A stretch of 24,000 nt of DNA from Curtobacterium sp. MCJR17_020 (GTDB lineage: Bacteria; Actinomycetota; Actinomycetes; Actinomycetales; Microbacteriaceae), in the NCBI RefSeq assembly GCF_003234365.2, contig NZ_CP126260.1:2829172-2853171 (forward strand). The letters run 5' to 3'. The translations under genes and the position numbers were made by a program. Below the pieces are notes generated by a model, which did no database searches, was not told the DNA's origin, and was given only the letters and a program-made list of their open reading frames with translations. Positions 23,044 through 24,000 of this stretch are shown here, one piece after another (within the stretch, counting starts at the first letter, position 1; every line of letters begins with the position of its first letter).

Positions 23044-24000
23044 GTGACGACGATCGGACTGCGCCGGATGGTGCCCCGCGACCCCGCCGAGGGACACCGT
23101 GCCGCGAGCCCCCTGGAACTGCTGTTCGACCTGGTGTTCGTCGTCGCGGTGGGCTTCGCCGCCACCAACCTGCACGAGATCGAGACCGAGGGGCGCGTCA
23201 GCTCCGCGGTGGTGGCGTACGCCATGGTGTTCTTCGCCATCTGGTGGGCGTGGCTGAACTTCAGCTGGTTCGCGACCTCGTTCGACACCGACGACTGGCT
23301 CTACCGCGTCACGACGTTCGTGCAGATGGCCGGCGTCCTCGTGCTCGCCGCCGGGGTGCACGCCGCCATGACCGAGGGCGACTTCACGGTGCCGGTGATC
23401 GGCTACGTCGTGATGCGCCTGGCGATGGTCGCGCAGTGGCTCCGCGTCGCCGTGTCGTCCTCGCGGTACCGCCGCACCGCACTCCGGTACGCCGTGGGCA
23501 TCGTCGTCGTGCAGGTGCTCTGGGTCGGCATGCTCGCGCTGCCGCAGGGATCGACGGCGTGGGCGTTCCCCGTCCTCGTCTTGCTCGAGGTCCTCGTCCC
23601 GCCGATCGCCGAGGGCACGGGCGAGACGACGCCGTGGCACACGCACCACATCGCCGAGCGGTACGCGCTGTTCACCCTCATCGTGCTGGGCGAAGGACTC
23701 GTCGCCTCGGCGAACGCGGTCATCGACGGCATCGCCCAGGCCGACCACCTCGCGTCGCTGCTCGTGCTGGCCGCCGCCGGGCTCGTCATCGTCGCCGGAC
23801 TCTGGTGGATCTACTTCTCGCGCGAGCAGCACGACCACATCCGGAACCTGCCGAGCGCGCTCGTGTTCGGCTACGGCCACTACTTCGTCTTCGCCGCCGC
23901 GGGTGCGCTGCCGGCCGGGATCGAGGTCGCGGTCAGCGCGGACGCCGGCGACGCCGACCTGTCGCACGCCACGGTCGCTGCGACCGTGGCCGTCCCGGTC
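23044..24000 (+). CDS. ltrA: Low-temperature-requirement protein A (LtrA) family membrane protein (3' end outside window)
   Basis: This gene is not in the ORF track because no stop falls in the window. I translated it by hand from GTG 23044 (alternative ATG 23068): ...ASPLELLFDLVFVVAVGFAATNL...AIWWAWLNFSWFATSFDTDDW...HIAERYALFTLIVLGEGL. The frame stays open to 24000. The track's minus ORF 22945..23967 is the antisense artefact. Confidence 0.8.
   Translation, partial: MTTIGLRRMVPRDPAEGHRAASPLELLFDLVFVVAVGFAATNLHEIETEGRVSSAVVAYAMVFFAIWWAWLNFSWFATSFDTDDWLYRVTTFVQMAGVLVLAAGVHAAMTEGDFTVPVIGYVVMRLAMVAQWLRVAVSSSRYRRTALRYAVGIVVVQVLWVGMLALPQGSTAWAFPVLVLLEVLVPPIAEGTGETTPWHTHHIAERYALFTLIVLGEGLVASANAVIDGIAQADHLASLLVLAAAGLVIVAGLWWIYFSREQHDHIRNLPSALVFGYGHYFVFAAAGALPAGIEVAVSADAGDADLSHATVAATVAVPV

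Noticed and set aside
1-24000. Genomic island, prophage or defence-system signature
   Set aside because: I saw no integrase, transposase, tRNA, flanking direct repeats or compositional shift, and no nuclease/ATPase/methylase combinations typical of defence loci. The content looks like ordinary core or accessory metabolism.

Overview
This is a high-GC actinobacterial chromosomal segment (by eye about 70% G+C, with G/C-saturated third codon positions and Microbacteriaceae-like proteins). I support 24 protein-coding genes. I found no rRNA, tRNA, CRISPR array, transposase or integrase, and nothing resembling a known defence system. Gene order: metQ (5' partial)-metN-metI; a convergent EEP-family nuclease/phosphatase; an MFS transporter divergent from a five-gene translationally coupled operon (D-serine-dehydratase-like PLP deaminase, IclR regulator, KDG kinase, KDPG aldolase, D-aminoacylase-family amidohydrolase) with a convergent ridA; a GT-C/PIG-V-like membrane glycosyltransferase; a minus-strand run of PNPOx-like protein, conserved hypothetical and LLM flavin oxidoreductase; an SDR; an NRDE/TANGO2-family gene divergent from coaBC; three coupled uncharacterised genes (DoxX-like, DUF2071, DUF1810); GntR and MarR regulators; a secreted transglycosylase-like protein; and ltrA (3' partial). 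The best candidate for an undescribed system is the IclR cluster at 3865-11393. I read it as a pathway for an N-acyl-2-amino-2-deoxy-aldonic acid (for example N-acetyl-D-glucosaminate from C1-oxidised chitin): deacylation, PLP-dependent deamination to KDG, phosphorylation to KDPG, then cleavage to pyruvate + GAP. The cluster is bracketed by two copies of a 15-bp near-palindrome, TTYYGCATTGCAGAA, a likely operator. Other leads are the TANGO2-family/coaBC divergent pair, coaBC lying outside its usual gmk-rpoZ-coaBC-metK context, and a short dispersed CGAGGTTCC-core hairpin/tandem-repeat motif in convergent intergenic regions. All family calls come from reading motifs in the translations; no database search was run.
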